Position numbers and translations under genes: made by a program | Notes under the pieces: generated by a model | The model's database searches: none | Seen by the model: the letters and a program-made list of their open reading frames with translations, nothing else | What the model was told of the DNA's origin: nothing | In this document: one piece after another, positions 28,635-38,096 of the stretch | Numbering within the stretch: position 1 is the first letter of the stretch | Layout of the letters: each line of letters begins with the position of its first letter | From: Nitrososphaerota archaeon | GTDB lineage: Archaea; Thermoproteota; EX4484-205; JAAOZP01 | Direction of reading: 5' to 3' | Length of the DNA stretch: 64,000 bases | NCBI GenBank assembly: GCA_011605725.1 | Contig: JAAOZP010000012.1 | Coordinates: 96,001-160,000, forward strand

Positions 28635-29018
28635 TCAGCATGCTAGAAGCAAAGCGATAGCTATCGCAACGTCACTCGTCCTATCATGGCTTAAGCTGAT
28701 TAAAACTCTTCTAGCACCCTTCTCGCGGAGAAGATTGAGAAGCGGTTCACTCATAACTATTCTGACCTCCGAGTTGACCGTTTCAGTCTCAACACCCCTC
28801 CACCCTAGCCGGCTTCTGCTAGCATGACCTATGGCTTTGAAAACCGCCTCTTTGGCTGCAAACCTTGCGGCTAGCTTCTCGTAGGGACAGCCCGATTGAA
28901 AACAGTATTCAATCTCCCTATCTGTGAAAACCCTTTTTAGAAAACGTTCACCGCCCTTCTCTATAGCCTTCTTAACCCTGTTTATCGAAACAGCATCAAC
29001 GCCAACCCCGGTTATCAA
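28635..29018 (-). CDS. acpS: Holo-[acyl-carrier-protein] synthase (4'-phosphopantetheinyl transferase)
   Basis: GVGVD, F..RVFT..E, LAARFAAKEAVFKA, ISLSHD. Confidence 0.93.
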   Translation of the reverse strand: MITGVGVDAVSINRVKKAIEKGGERFLKRVFTDREIEYCFQSGCPYEKLAARFAAKEAVFKAIGHASRSRLGWRGVETETVNSEVRIVMSEPLLNLLREKGARRVLISLSHDRTSDVAIAIALLLAC

Positions 29019-29032
29019 GCCTATCTGAAAGT

Positions 29033-29278
29033 TCAGCAGCCTGCTTGAGCCAGCTTCCTCTTTATGTATTCAACAACCTGACCCACTGTCTGGTTTTTCT
29101 CAGCCTCCTCCTCAGGAATCTCCAGGTTGAAAGCCTCTTCGAAGGCTGCGATCAGCTCAACAGTATCTATTGACTCAGCCATAAGGTCGTCCACGAGAGA
29201 AGTGTCGTCCTTCAAGCTTTCAACACTAACACGGAAGTGTTCAGCTATAATCTTCTTAACCTTCTCCTCAACCGACAT
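29033..29278 (-). CDS. acpP: Acyl carrier protein
   Basis: 81 aa, acidic; VKKIIAE...DDLMAESIDTVEL..AFEEAF.LEIP.EEAEK..TVG..V.YI; SD GGAGGT. Confidence 0.92.
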   Translation of the reverse strand: MSVEEKVKKIIAEHFRVSVESLKDDTSLVDDLMAESIDTVELIAAFEEAFNLEIPEEEAEKNQTVGQVVEYIKRKLAQAGC

Positions 29279-29279
29279 T

Positions 29280-30560
29280 CTACATACCTCCTCGCTCCAT
29301 TCTCATCTCCGCCTTCCTTATTAAAGTTTCCCTCTCCTCTCTAGTGTCCTGATATATTTTCTCAAGCATCCTGACGTAGCTCTCCGACATTACGACAGAC
29401 CTTCTCGACATGACTCTCTTCTCCGCTTCAACAGTCCTTCTGAAGCCAGCACCCCTTCTCAACCTTCCTTCAGCATACCAAGAGAAGCTTGGAATATACT
29501 TGGGAAGAACCTCCCCGCCTAGGAGGACGCATGCTACTCCGACAACGGTTCCAGTGTTCAGCAGGCAACCTATGCCGAACTTCGTATGGTCTCCTATGAA
29601 GCTGCCAACCTTCAGGTCACCAGTATCCATTAACCTACCTTTCACGTAGACGTCGACATTACTGTAATCATTCTTAAGATCACTATTAGTAGTCAGGGCG
29701 CCGATGTTAACCCATTCACCAACGTAAGCATGGCCCAGGAAACCAGTGTGATACTTGTTAGAATAACCGTGGATGATGCTTGCCTCAACCTCTCCCCCAA
29801 CCCTGCAGACAGGCCCTATCGTTGTCTCCTCCCTTATGTTTCCACGGACAATCCAAGTATTCCTCCCAATGTAGCAGGGTCCTTCGACACGGCTGAACGG
29901 ATATATGCGTGCATCCTCGTCAACTATTATTGGGCCGGAGCTAGTGTCTAGAACAACGAAAGGATGTATAACTGCATTTTTACTAACGTGAAGCATACTC
30001 TTTTCTCCGACGACAGCAACCTTCTCGTCTAAGGATCCAGCCCCCTCCTGCTTAGACCAGTATGCTTCAAAATCCTCCTTCAGCATTTCGTGATTATACT
30101 GGATAAGGTGCCACGGGTATTCTACCATCCGGGCGTCAACCTGCTTAACGCTCAGCTCAGACCTAAGATTCTCAACAGTCTTCTGAAAAGTATCTGAAAG
30201 TTTTCTTCTAACTGTTTCCCTCTTGACGTGAATATATACTATATCATCCTTGCACATCGCGATGACCTCGTCTTTCTCAAACGGGAGATGGCCGTGCTCA
30301 GGAAGCCACCTACCGTTAACCAGAATAGCATCATCCCTACTCAGATCCTGAAGGCTGTTCACAACAACGTCTCCAAGCCTTTCTCTCAGAACAGGAGCCA
30401 AATAGTCCCTTAGGAAGAAAGAGGTCTCGACACCGGGATGAGTCCTCCTGATTCTTTCAACAAGCGTCATCGACCCGCATCTCAGCTCGAAAGTAGCTCT
30501 TGTAAGCGTCAACGGGTAGAGAAGGTCATACTTCTCATCCTCGAACACGCAGACCTTCAA
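29280..30560 (-). CDS. GlmU-like protein of the 'alternative' (Bacteroidetes-type) family: degenerate nucleotidyltransferase domain + left-handed beta-helix acyltransferase
   Basis: LYPLTLTR..FELRCG, INGRW-like VNGRW, hexapeptide repeats, SNKYHTGFLGHAYVGEWVNIGA, SDLKNDY; no GGxGxR; SD GGTGAGG. Confidence 0.85.
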   Translation of the reverse strand: MKVCVFEDEKYDLLYPLTLTRATFELRCGSMTLVERIRRTHPGVETSFFLRDYLAPVLRERLGDVVVNSLQDLSRDDAILVNGRWLPEHGHLPFEKDEVIAMCKDDIVYIHVKRETVRRKLSDTFQKTVENLRSELSVKQVDARMVEYPWHLIQYNHEMLKEDFEAYWSKQEGAGSLDEKVAVVGEKSMLHVSKNAVIHPFVVLDTSSGPIIVDEDARIYPFSRVEGPCYIGRNTWIVRGNIREETTIGPVCRVGGEVEASIIHGYSNKYHTGFLGHAYVGEWVNIGALTTNSDLKNDYSNVDVYVKGRLMDTGDLKVGSFIGDHTKFGIGCLLNTGTVVGVACVLLGGEVLPKYIPSFSWYAEGRLRRGAGFRRTVEAEKRVMSRRSVVMSESYVRMLEKIYQDTREERETLIRKAEMRMERGGM

Positions 30561-30595
30561 TTCGCCTCACCACTGCCACAACATGGGATTCTTTT

Positions 30596-31807
30596 TTAAT
30601 GGTTTAATAAGTGTTTCCTAGTCTCCTCAGCTATAGCAAGCTCCTCATCAGTCGGTATAACTAGAACCTTAACCCTAGACTGCCTACTGCTTATCACCCC
30701 AGTTCTGCCCACTGTCACCCTATTCGCATCCTCGTCAATCATTAAACCTAGGAAACTCATGTTGTCACATATCATTCTCCTTATGAGAGGATCGTTCTCA
30801 CCTATCCCGCCTGTGAAAACAAGTATGTCGAGCCCACCCAACACTACGGTGTAAGCACCTATATACTTTTTAGCCCTGTAGGCAAAGATATCTAGGGCAA
30901 GCCTAGCCCTTTTGCTGCCAGCCTCAGCCTCCCTCTCCACATCCCTAATATCGTTGCTAACACCCGAGACACCAAGGAGCCCACTCTTCTTGTTAAGAAT
31001 GTCTTCAACCTCCCTGGGGGAGAAGCCCTCGCCGATCAGGTAGAAAACTATCGACGGGTCTATGTCCCCGCTTCTAGTACCCATGACCAGGCCTTCCAAC
31101 GGGGTGAAACCCATGCTAGTATCTATTGACCGTCCGTTTTTAATAGCGGTTATGCTGCAGCCGTTTCCGAGATGACAAGTCACCATCCTGAGCTTCTCAA
31201 GAGGCTTGCCAAGTATCTCGGCAGCCCTGTGAGCAACATACCTGTGGCTTGTCCCGTGAAACCCGTATCTCCTTATTCCGAACTTCTCGTAAAGCTCGTA
31301 AGGTATGGCGTAGAGATAAGCTGTCTCCGGCATAGTCTGGTGGAAAGCGGTGTCGAACACCGCTACCTGGGGGACTTTTGGAAGAAGGCTTCGCGCAGCC
31401 TCTATACCAGCTATGTTCGGAGGATTATGGAGCGGAGCCAGGTAAGCCCATTTCCTAAGGGCCTCCAGAACCTTTTCGTCGACAACCGTGGCTTCGAAGA
31501 AAGAATCCCCGCCGTGAACAACCCTGTGTCCAACTGCAACTATTTCCTCGAGTGAAGCAATAGCCTTCGGCTCAGCATCGAGGAGAACCCTGAGAATAAG
31601 CTCAAGGCCCTGCCTGTGGTTGGAAACATCAACCTCGCTTCTAGACACGATTCCACGAACCTCATGTTTTAAAACCGCCGGCCTGCTTCCGATTCTCTCC
31701 AGCAGGCCGCTGGCAACACCCGTCAATAAATCAGCGTCGAAAAGCTTGTACTTTATTGATGAGCTACCGCAGTTCACGACAAGTATTTTCCCCGGCAACC
31801 CTTTCAC
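30596..31807 (-). CDS. ackA: Acetate kinase
   Basis: [63 protein letters not shown]. Confidence 0.96.
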   Translation of the reverse strand: MKGLPGKILVVNCGSSSIKYKLFDADLLTGVASGLLERIGSRPAVLKHEVRGIVSRSEVDVSNHRQGLELILRVLLDAEPKAIASLEEIVAVGHRVVHGGDSFFEATVVDEKVLEALRKWAYLAPLHNPPNIAGIEAARSLLPKVPQVAVFDTAFHQTMPETAYLYAIPYELYEKFGIRRYGFHGTSHRYVAHRAAEILGKPLEKLRMVTCHLGNGCSITAIKNGRSIDTSMGFTPLEGLVMGTRSGDIDPSIVFYLIGEGFSPREVEDILNKKSGLLGVSGVSNDIRDVEREAEAGSKRARLALDIFAYRAKKYIGAYTVVLGGLDILVFTGGIGENDPLIRRMICDNMSFLGLMIDEDANRVTVGRTGVISSRQSRVKVLVIPTDEELAIAEETRKHLLNH

Positions 31808-32808
31808 CCGGCTGACTGCGCTAGAACGGAGACAACAGCCATAGCTCCAACGATGTCTTCAACCTTAGCACCCCTTGAAAGATCGCTGACGGGCTTCTTG
31901 AAACCCTGGAGAATAGGACCGTAGGCTCCTGCTCCAGCCACGTGTTGAGTAAGCTTGTACGCTATGTTTCCAGCATTCAGATCGGGAAATATAAGGATGT
32001 TAGCCCTGCCGGCTACCGGGCCGAGATCTTTCATCTTCTTCCTGGCAACATCCATCACGAGCGCCGCGTCAGCCTGAAGCTCCCCGTCAACCTTGATCTC
32101 GGGCGCCCGCTTCTTAACGATCTCGGTTGCTCGAACCACCTTATCCACAAGAGGATGTACTGCACTACCCTTGGTTGAGAATGAGAGCATCGCTACCCTC
32201 GGCTCCCAGCCTAGGAGCCTACTGACGCTTCTAGCTGTGGATACAGCTATGTCCGCAAGCTGCTCAGGAGTTGGATCCGGATTTACCGCAGCGTCAGCGT
32301 AAACCAGGACACCGTTTTCACCAATATTCTTGTTCCCGGTCTCCATTATGAAGAAGCTTGAAGGTGTTTCAACCCCCTTCTCATACCCAATTACAAGATG
32401 GCTGGCTTTAATAACGTTTGCAGTAGTGGTGGAGGCACCGGCAACCATCGCGTCAGCCAAACCCGTCTTAACCATCATGCAGGCAAAATAAAGCGGCTTG
32501 CTGAGTATTCTTCTCGCAACAGCCTCGCTGACACTCTTCTCCTCCCGGGCCCTGCAATACTCCTTGACAAAACCGTCTAAATAGCCGGAGGCCGCTAAGT
32601 CTACGACTTCAACACCGGTTAAGGATAAGCCCAGCGAAGCAGCGTTCTTCTCCACGGTTTCTCTCGAGCCTAACAGTATTGGTTTTGCAATACCCTGCTC
32701 CACGGAGGCGGCGGCTGCCCTCAGTATCCTTTCATCCTCAGGCTCAGGTAGAATAATCCTCATAGGCTTCTCCCTAGCCCTGTTCTTTATCAGCTGGATT
32801 ACTGACAA
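31804..32808 (-). CDS. pta: Phosphate acetyltransferase
   Basis: [52 protein letters not shown]. Confidence 0.95.
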   Translation of the reverse strand: MSVIQLIKNRAREKPMRIILPEPEDERILRAAAASVEQGIAKPILLGSRETVEKNAASLGLSLTGVEVVDLAASGYLDGFVKEYCRAREEKSVSEAVARRILSKPLYFACMMVKTGLADAMVAGASTTTANVIKASHLVIGYEKGVETPSSFFIMETGNKNIGENGVLVYADAAVNPDPTPEQLADIAVSTARSVSRLLGWEPRVAMLSFSTKGSAVHPLVDKVVRATEIVKKRAPEIKVDGELQADAALVMDVARKKMKDLGPVAGRANILIFPDLNAGNIAYKLTQHVAGAGAYGPILQGFKKPVSDLSRGAKVEDIVGAMAVVSVLAQSAG

Positions 32809-33009
32809 TCTGCGGCTGGAAACCCGGAGAATTTAATAAACTTTTTGCGTTAAGCGTCTCATCACCTGGTGTGCAGCATTGCTGGGCGTAACACTATCTT
32901 AGGCGGAACATGGTTCATCTTTCTAATCTTCAGCTGCATGCATCAACATTAACTCAGAAATAACTGGTTAGAAAGCCTTTTAAAAGGAGGAACCAGTAGT
33001 ATTTTCGGG

Positions 33010-34074
33010 ATGAAAATAAGGTCCATAACGCTTTTCGCAGCATCCGGGGAAATGCAGAGCGTTAGAGAACGCGTCTCAAACCTGGGCTCAATGCTTTCAT
33101 TCAACATAGAATCAATGTTTCTGTCGGAAAGCGTTTGGAGCACGAGGGTTGCGCTTCCACCCTTAAGCGAGCAGGAAACCCCTATGAAGAGAGCCTCTCA
33201 GCTTCTTGATCTAAACGTTGTAAACTATGCTTCAATAGGTCAGGTTGAGGATGCGCATCCGGCTTTAGAGGAGGTTGTGGAGGTTGTTGAAAACGGGCTC
33301 TACGTTTCTATAAACATGAGGAGCACAGATAGGATTAAGAGTATTGAAAAGGTTTTGAGAAAAGCATGTGAGAAAAACCCTTCTAACGGAAGCCGGATAT
33401 GTGTCAACATGGGTGGAGACATATTTACACCATATTTTCCTTCAGCATGCAACCTGCATGGTGAAGAAGGATTAGCAATATCTCTACTGTATCCCAGTCT
33501 CCTCAGACACAAGCATTTAAACCAGTTTCAAGACATTCTCGCCGAAGTTTACGCTTCAACCGAAAAAGTTGGTCTAAAGCTTTCCGAAAGGCTTGGGATC
33601 AATTACTACGGGGTTGACGCCTCACTGTCACCCTGGATGGAGGAGAGCGTCGCAGAGATCATTGAGTTCGCCTCAGGGGTTAGAATACCGCTTCCAGGAA
33701 CCCTCAGCACGATTAGAGAGATAAACAGCCTTATAAGGAGTGCTGTTAAAACGGCTGGGATAAGGGCGACAGGCTACAATGAGGTCATGCTGCCGGTTGC
33801 TGAAGATAATGTTTTGAAGGAGAGGGTTGCGGCGGGAGACGTTAAGCTCAGGGACCTTGTATACTTGGCTTCAGCATGCGTCTCCGGAGTCGATATGGTT
33901 GTGGTCTCAGACAATGCTCCTAGCAGGATTATAGAGGGAGTTTTTAAAGACCTTTTTGAAATAAGCATGTTGAAAGGCAGAGCCACCGGGTTGAGAATGA
34001 TTTTCGCATCAGCAGAACCGGGTGAAACAGTTAAACTTAATTTCTTCGGGTGGACACCCGTTATATCGCCCTAA
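33010..34074 (+). CDS. DUF711-family protein
   Basis: MKIRSIT, TPYFP, GVDASLSP, GYNEVMLPVAED, ACVSGVDMV. Confidence 0.8.
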   Translation: MKIRSITLFAASGEMQSVRERVSNLGSMLSFNIESMFLSESVWSTRVALPPLSEQETPMKRASQLLDLNVVNYASIGQVEDAHPALEEVVEVVENGLYVSINMRSTDRIKSIEKVLRKACEKNPSNGSRICVNMGGDIFTPYFPSACNLHGEEGLAISLLYPSLLRHKHLNQFQDILAEVYASTEKVGLKLSERLGINYYGVDASLSPWMEESVAEIIEFASGVRIPLPGTLSTIREINSLIRSAVKTAGIRATGYNEVMLPVAEDNVLKERVAAGDVKLRDLVYLASACVSGVDMVVVSDNAPSRIIEGVFKDLFEISMLKGRATGLRMIFASAEPGETVKLNFFGWTPVISP

Positions 34075-34108
34075 AGCTTTATATTCAGAGCAGGAGTATT
34101 AGGAGGTG

Positions 34109-34321
34109 ATGGGGATAGTTCACAGGCCGGATGATATTCTTAACAGGAGAAGACGTGTAGAGGTTGCTTTAAGAGACCTTAACCCCGGGGTTAGAGAGCT
34201 TGTTTTAAACATAGTGAACTCCTGGAAAGGAAGCAAATCCATGGAGGATTTGAAGCGTGCCGTCGGTGAAGAAAAAGCTGTTAGAATTGTTGAAGAGCTA
34301 AGCCTGCCTGTAGACCAGTAG
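34109..34321 (+). CDS. Small hypothetical protein
   Basis: Strong SD AGGAGGTG before ATG 34109 and a TATA box about 34078; natural helical composition. Confidence 0.7.
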   Translation: MGIVHRPDDILNRRRRVEVALRDLNPGVRELVLNIVNSWKGSKSMEDLKRAVGEEKAVRIVEELSLPVDQ

Positions 34322-34425
34322 GCTGCGATAAACCATTTGAAGGTTAACGCTACCCACATCCGTATCATCGATACGTGTCAACAGCTTACGGTGAGGAAAA
34401 CGGTTTCTCACAGATATTCCGAGGC

Positions 34426-35940
34426 TTAGCTTTTCTCAGCCGCGGATTTTTCAATCATAGAGCAGAAACGGACATAGGCTTCTTCGACAGCGTCATCATG
34501 CTCCGGCTCGAATTCTCTCAATTCAAACGAGTCTCCAACTATCCGCCTAATATCCTTATGTGATTTAACAAAACCCATAGCGTATGCTTGCATAAGGATG
34601 TTGCCGATAGATGTTGCCTCCACCGGTCCAGCAACCACTTTAACCCCGGTGAAATCAGCAGTAAGCTGGTTCAGCAACCAGTTTCTAGAACCGCCTCCGA
34701 TAATGTTAATCCGGTTTATTTTTCTCCCAGTCAGTTCCATTATCCTTTCCAGAACAAGCCTGTATTTGAAGGCCAGGCTTTCAAGTATTACTCTAACAAG
34801 CTCACCCTCATCCCTAGGTTTCTCTTGGCTAGTTTCCTCTAAGTAGCTCACTATCTCCTCAACCATGTTTGCCGGAGCCATGAACCTCTCGTCGTCAGGA
34901 TCGATGAAGGCTATGAATCTTCTCGACTTGCTTGCAATCCTTGTTAGCTCATCGTAAGAATACTCCCGTCCTTGGCCCGCCCAGATCCTCCTGCATTGTT
35001 GAACCAGCCACATCCCCTGAACGTTACGCAGAAACCTGAATTTTCCGAAAACACCCCCCTCATTAGTGAAGTTATACTCGAGTGATTTTCTGCTTATTAT
35101 TGGCTTATCCACCTCAACGCCTACTAGGGACCATGTTCCGGAACTAATGTAGGCTGAGCCTTCATCCTCCAGAAGCGCCGCCGCGACAGCTGAAGCCGTG
35201 TCATGGCAGGCAGGGGCTACGATTGAAACCCTGCTGCTAATGCCAAGCTCGCCAGCAAGACTCGTAGAAATCCCTTCAAGCACGGTTCCCGGTTTAACAA
35301 TCTCGGGCAGAAAATGGGTTGGAATCCCGAGGTTCTCTAAGAGTTCATAATCCCAGTTGTTCTTAGAAGGGTTGAGGAACTGGGTTGTCGTAGCATCTGT
35401 AAACTCAGAGACCTTGACGCCGGATAGCCAGTAGTTGAACAAGTCCGGCATCATCAGGAACCTGCTTGCAGCGTTGAGAATCGAAGACCTGCTTAAAACC
35501 AGCGAGTACAACTGGTAGAGGGTGTTCAGCCGGAGAAACTGTATACCTGTTCTGAAGTAGATTTCCTCCCTCGAAACCTTTTTAAAGATCTCTTCAAAAG
35601 CTCGCTCCGTCCTAGGATCCCTATAATGGTGAGGGTTTCCGAGGAGCTCGCCATTGCTGTCGAGAAAAGCAAAATCAACTCCCCACGTGTCGACACCGAT
35701 GGACTCAAGGCTTCCGTTAAGCTTTGAATACGCCAGTGAAGCAGCATTCTTAATTTCACCCCATATCCTTAAAACATCCCAGAAAATACTTTCCCCCACC
35801 TTCACCGGTATGTTTGGAAACCTGTAAACCTCCTCCACCGTTATCTTTCTCTCAGCCAGTATTCCGATTAAGGCTCTACCGCTCTCGGCCCCAAGGTCGA
35901 AGGCTAGAAAGGCAGGATGCCCCATGAGTCTTAAAAACAT
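34426..35940 (-). CDS. rhaB: Rhamnulokinase (FGGY carbohydrate kinase)
   Basis: FDLGAESGR, GVDTWGVD, YRDPRT, HDTASA, ISSGTWSL, FTNEGG, GPVEAT. Confidence 0.9.
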   Translation of the reverse strand: MFLRLMGHPAFLAFDLGAESGRALIGILAERKITVEEVYRFPNIPVKVGESIFWDVLRIWGEIKNAASLAYSKLNGSLESIGVDTWGVDFAFLDSNGELLGNPHHYRDPRTERAFEEIFKKVSREEIYFRTGIQFLRLNTLYQLYSLVLSRSSILNAASRFLMMPDLFNYWLSGVKVSEFTDATTTQFLNPSKNNWDYELLENLGIPTHFLPEIVKPGTVLEGISTSLAGELGISSRVSIVAPACHDTASAVAAALLEDEGSAYISSGTWSLVGVEVDKPIISRKSLEYNFTNEGGVFGKFRFLRNVQGMWLVQQCRRIWAGQGREYSYDELTRIASKSRRFIAFIDPDDERFMAPANMVEEIVSYLEETSQEKPRDEGELVRVILESLAFKYRLVLERIMELTGRKINRINIIGGGSRNWLLNQLTADFTGVKVVAGPVEATSIGNILMQAYAMGFVKSHKDIRRIVGDSFELREFEPEHDDAVEEAYVRFCSMIEKSAAEKS

Positions 35941-35949
35941 AGTTATTTT

Positions 35950-36906
35950 TTAAGCTTTTTCCCGTTTAACTTTAAAGGATTTCGAGGCGTTCACAAGGTT
36001 TTCTAGAATGAGGAAAGCCAAGTCGTGTTTAGTCCTCCTCAACCCGCAATCAGGATGAATATAAGCCACGTTATCGATACCGATTTTCGAAGACACCTTG
36101 CTCACGATCTCCGCAGCCATTTCAGGAACTGTCAGATCATCCTTCGATAAGACGTTTACCTTCATGCATCCTACTCCAATTTTCTTCCCAACCTCCTCCA
36201 TAACGCTTCTAGACAGGAGATCAATGTTTCCAGAGGAGCCTGCAAACTCTAAACTGAGAATACTCACGTTTTTCGTCGCGCTTAGAGATTTTATTGTTTT
36301 CGCACTTAGCCTTCCGCAGACATGTATACTCGTCAGCTTAGGATCCAGGCCTTCGGTCGCAATGCTAAGGGGCTCCAATATTCTATCGGGGTCAAGAAAA
36401 CCCGCGCTGATCCCGGGCTCATCTATCTGCGTCAAACCGTCGTACGATTGAATAAGCTTAGCCACCTTGTTCACAACATGCGCAACATCATTATAGAGTT
36501 CGATATTCCTCACATTACCGTATGGTCCAGCGTTCTTCATCGCCGCTGAAAAAGCGAAGGTTATAGGCCCTGTTATACCAACTTTTAAACTATTTGAATA
36601 ACCTTTTTCAGCAATATGCCTCCTCGCCTCAAGGAAATCCACAACCTTGAAAGACTCTCCGATATTCGCCACTGGCTTTATTCTTCCAGTTAAGCAAATC
36701 CTCTCACCAGCCACCGTCACACCATGCATAGAGTTCGAAAGATAGGAGAGCATGTCTGTCCTCTGCTCTCCGTCGGACACTATATCTATGCCTGTCTTAA
36801 CCTGAAGGTCCACGGCAAGCCTGATCGATGTTTCAAGGTCCTGGTGGAGCCTTGGGAGGCTTCCGATAACGGTCGTGGTTAAACGCATTAGTAGGGAATT
36901 CGCCAA
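35950..36906 (-). CDS. metE: Core (single-barrel) MetE-type methionine synthase / methylcobamide:homocysteine methyltransferase
   Basis: IGSLPR, SDGEQR, TGPIT, QIDEP, HVCG, LEFA, PDCGL zinc ligands; 318 aa. Confidence 0.8.
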   Translation of the reverse strand: MANSLLMRLTTTVIGSLPRLHQDLETSIRLAVDLQVKTGIDIVSDGEQRTDMLSYLSNSMHGVTVAGERICLTGRIKPVANIGESFKVVDFLEARRHIAEKGYSNSLKVGITGPITFAFSAAMKNAGPYGNVRNIELYNDVAHVVNKVAKLIQSYDGLTQIDEPGISAGFLDPDRILEPLSIATEGLDPKLTSIHVCGRLSAKTIKSLSATKNVSILSLEFAGSSGNIDLLSRSVMEEVGKKIGVGCMKVNVLSKDDLTVPEMAAEIVSKVSSKIGIDNVAYIHPDCGLRRTKHDLAFLILENLVNASKSFKVKREKA

Positions 36907-36947
36907 GCTTTCTTTTAAGCGTTTCAGCCCCGTGGATATAAAGCGGC

Positions 36948-38006
36948 TCAGAACCTTCCGTTAACAACCTCGAAGTGAGTCGGCTTATTAAAAGTACGAC
37001 CCCCTATTAGAACCCAGTGTGCAACCCATTTAATCATCCGATCCAGCGTGACTGTTGGAGGGCCGAATATCCTGAAGCATTTTGAAGCATTGCTTAACAA
37101 AGCATTCCCCGTCTCGCTGTTTTTGAAAACCGGCTTCTTACCGAAGATAGCTCCGAATTTCTCCGCCAACCATCTGACGGAAACTGTTTCAGAACCAGTC
37201 ACGTTTATCACCTCAGGAGGGGAGCTGCAGAGCTCAAGGGAGCGAACAGCTATGTTGTTAACGTCCCCTTGCCATATAACGTTGACGTACCCCATTCTCA
37301 AGTCTATAGGCAAGCCTTCGAAAACTTTCCTAGCCACATCCAGTAGAACACCGTATCTAAGGTCTATCGCGTAGTTAAGCCTTAAGAGCAAGGTTTTCAA
37401 ACCGTATTTTCTAGAGAAGTATTCAAATATTCTTTCACGTCCTAAACAGGATTGAGCATACTCACCCACCGGGTCTGGAGGAGTAGACTCGTCCGCGCCC
37501 CCAGAAGACACCGGGACCAATGGATAAACATTCCCCGTTGAGAACACTACTATCCTCGACTTCTTAAACCTCCTTGAAACAATAGCCGGGATATACGTGT
37601 TTACAGCCCAGGTTAGCGAGGAGTCCTCCTGCGTGCCGAACTTCCTACCAACCATGTAGATCACGTTTGAGGCCTCTGGAAGCCTCTCCACCTCTTCCTC
37701 CTCCAGCAGGTCGCATGAAAAAGTTTCCACACCTATTTTTTCCAGTTCTTCTCTTAATCCTGGTGTTGAAAACCTGGATACTCCTATAACCCTTTTATTC
37801 AAGCCGCCTTCGTCCACAGCCCTCTTAACAAGCCTCGCAAGAGTAGGGCCGATTTTACCTGAAACACCCAGGATGAGAATGTCGCCCCCAAGCCTGGAAA
37901 CAGCCTTCACAGTTTCAGGCATAGGCCTCGACAAAATTTCTTCGAGCTCAGGCTCGCTTCCAACAAGGTCTGGAAGACAGGCTGGTTTAAAGCTGCTGCA
38001 AGCCAT
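36948..38006 (-). CDS. NAD-dependent epimerase/dehydratase
   Basis: LGVSGKIG, FSTGNVY, GEYAQSCLGRE, RLNYA. Confidence 0.88.
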   Translation of the reverse strand: MACSSFKPACLPDLVGSEPELEEILSRPMPETVKAVSRLGGDILILGVSGKIGPTLARLVKRAVDEGGLNKRVIGVSRFSTPGLREELEKIGVETFSCDLLEEEEVERLPEASNVIYMVGRKFGTQEDSSLTWAVNTYIPAIVSRRFKKSRIVVFSTGNVYPLVPVSSGGADESTPPDPVGEYAQSCLGRERIFEYFSRKYGLKTLLLRLNYAIDLRYGVLLDVARKVFEGLPIDLRMGYVNVIWQGDVNNIAVRSLELCSSPPEVINVTGSETVSVRWLAEKFGAIFGKKPVFKNSETGNALLSNASKCFRIFGPPTVTLDRMIKWVAHWVLIGGRTFNKPTHFEVVNGRF

Positions 38007-38096
38007 TGATAGTTAAACAGTGTCTCGACGTGTAATATAAACGATACGCGTCGAAATCGTGAGACGGGCAAAGGTTTTTTAAGGCTTTAAAGCCTT

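Noticed and set aside
28635-32808. Bacterial contamination as the explanation for the acp/pta/ack block
   Set aside because: By eye it shares the archaeal-style TATA/leaderless start, GGTGA/GGAGG SDs, TTG starts and AGG/AGA/ATA-rich codon style of its flanks. Read-level confirmation is still advisable.
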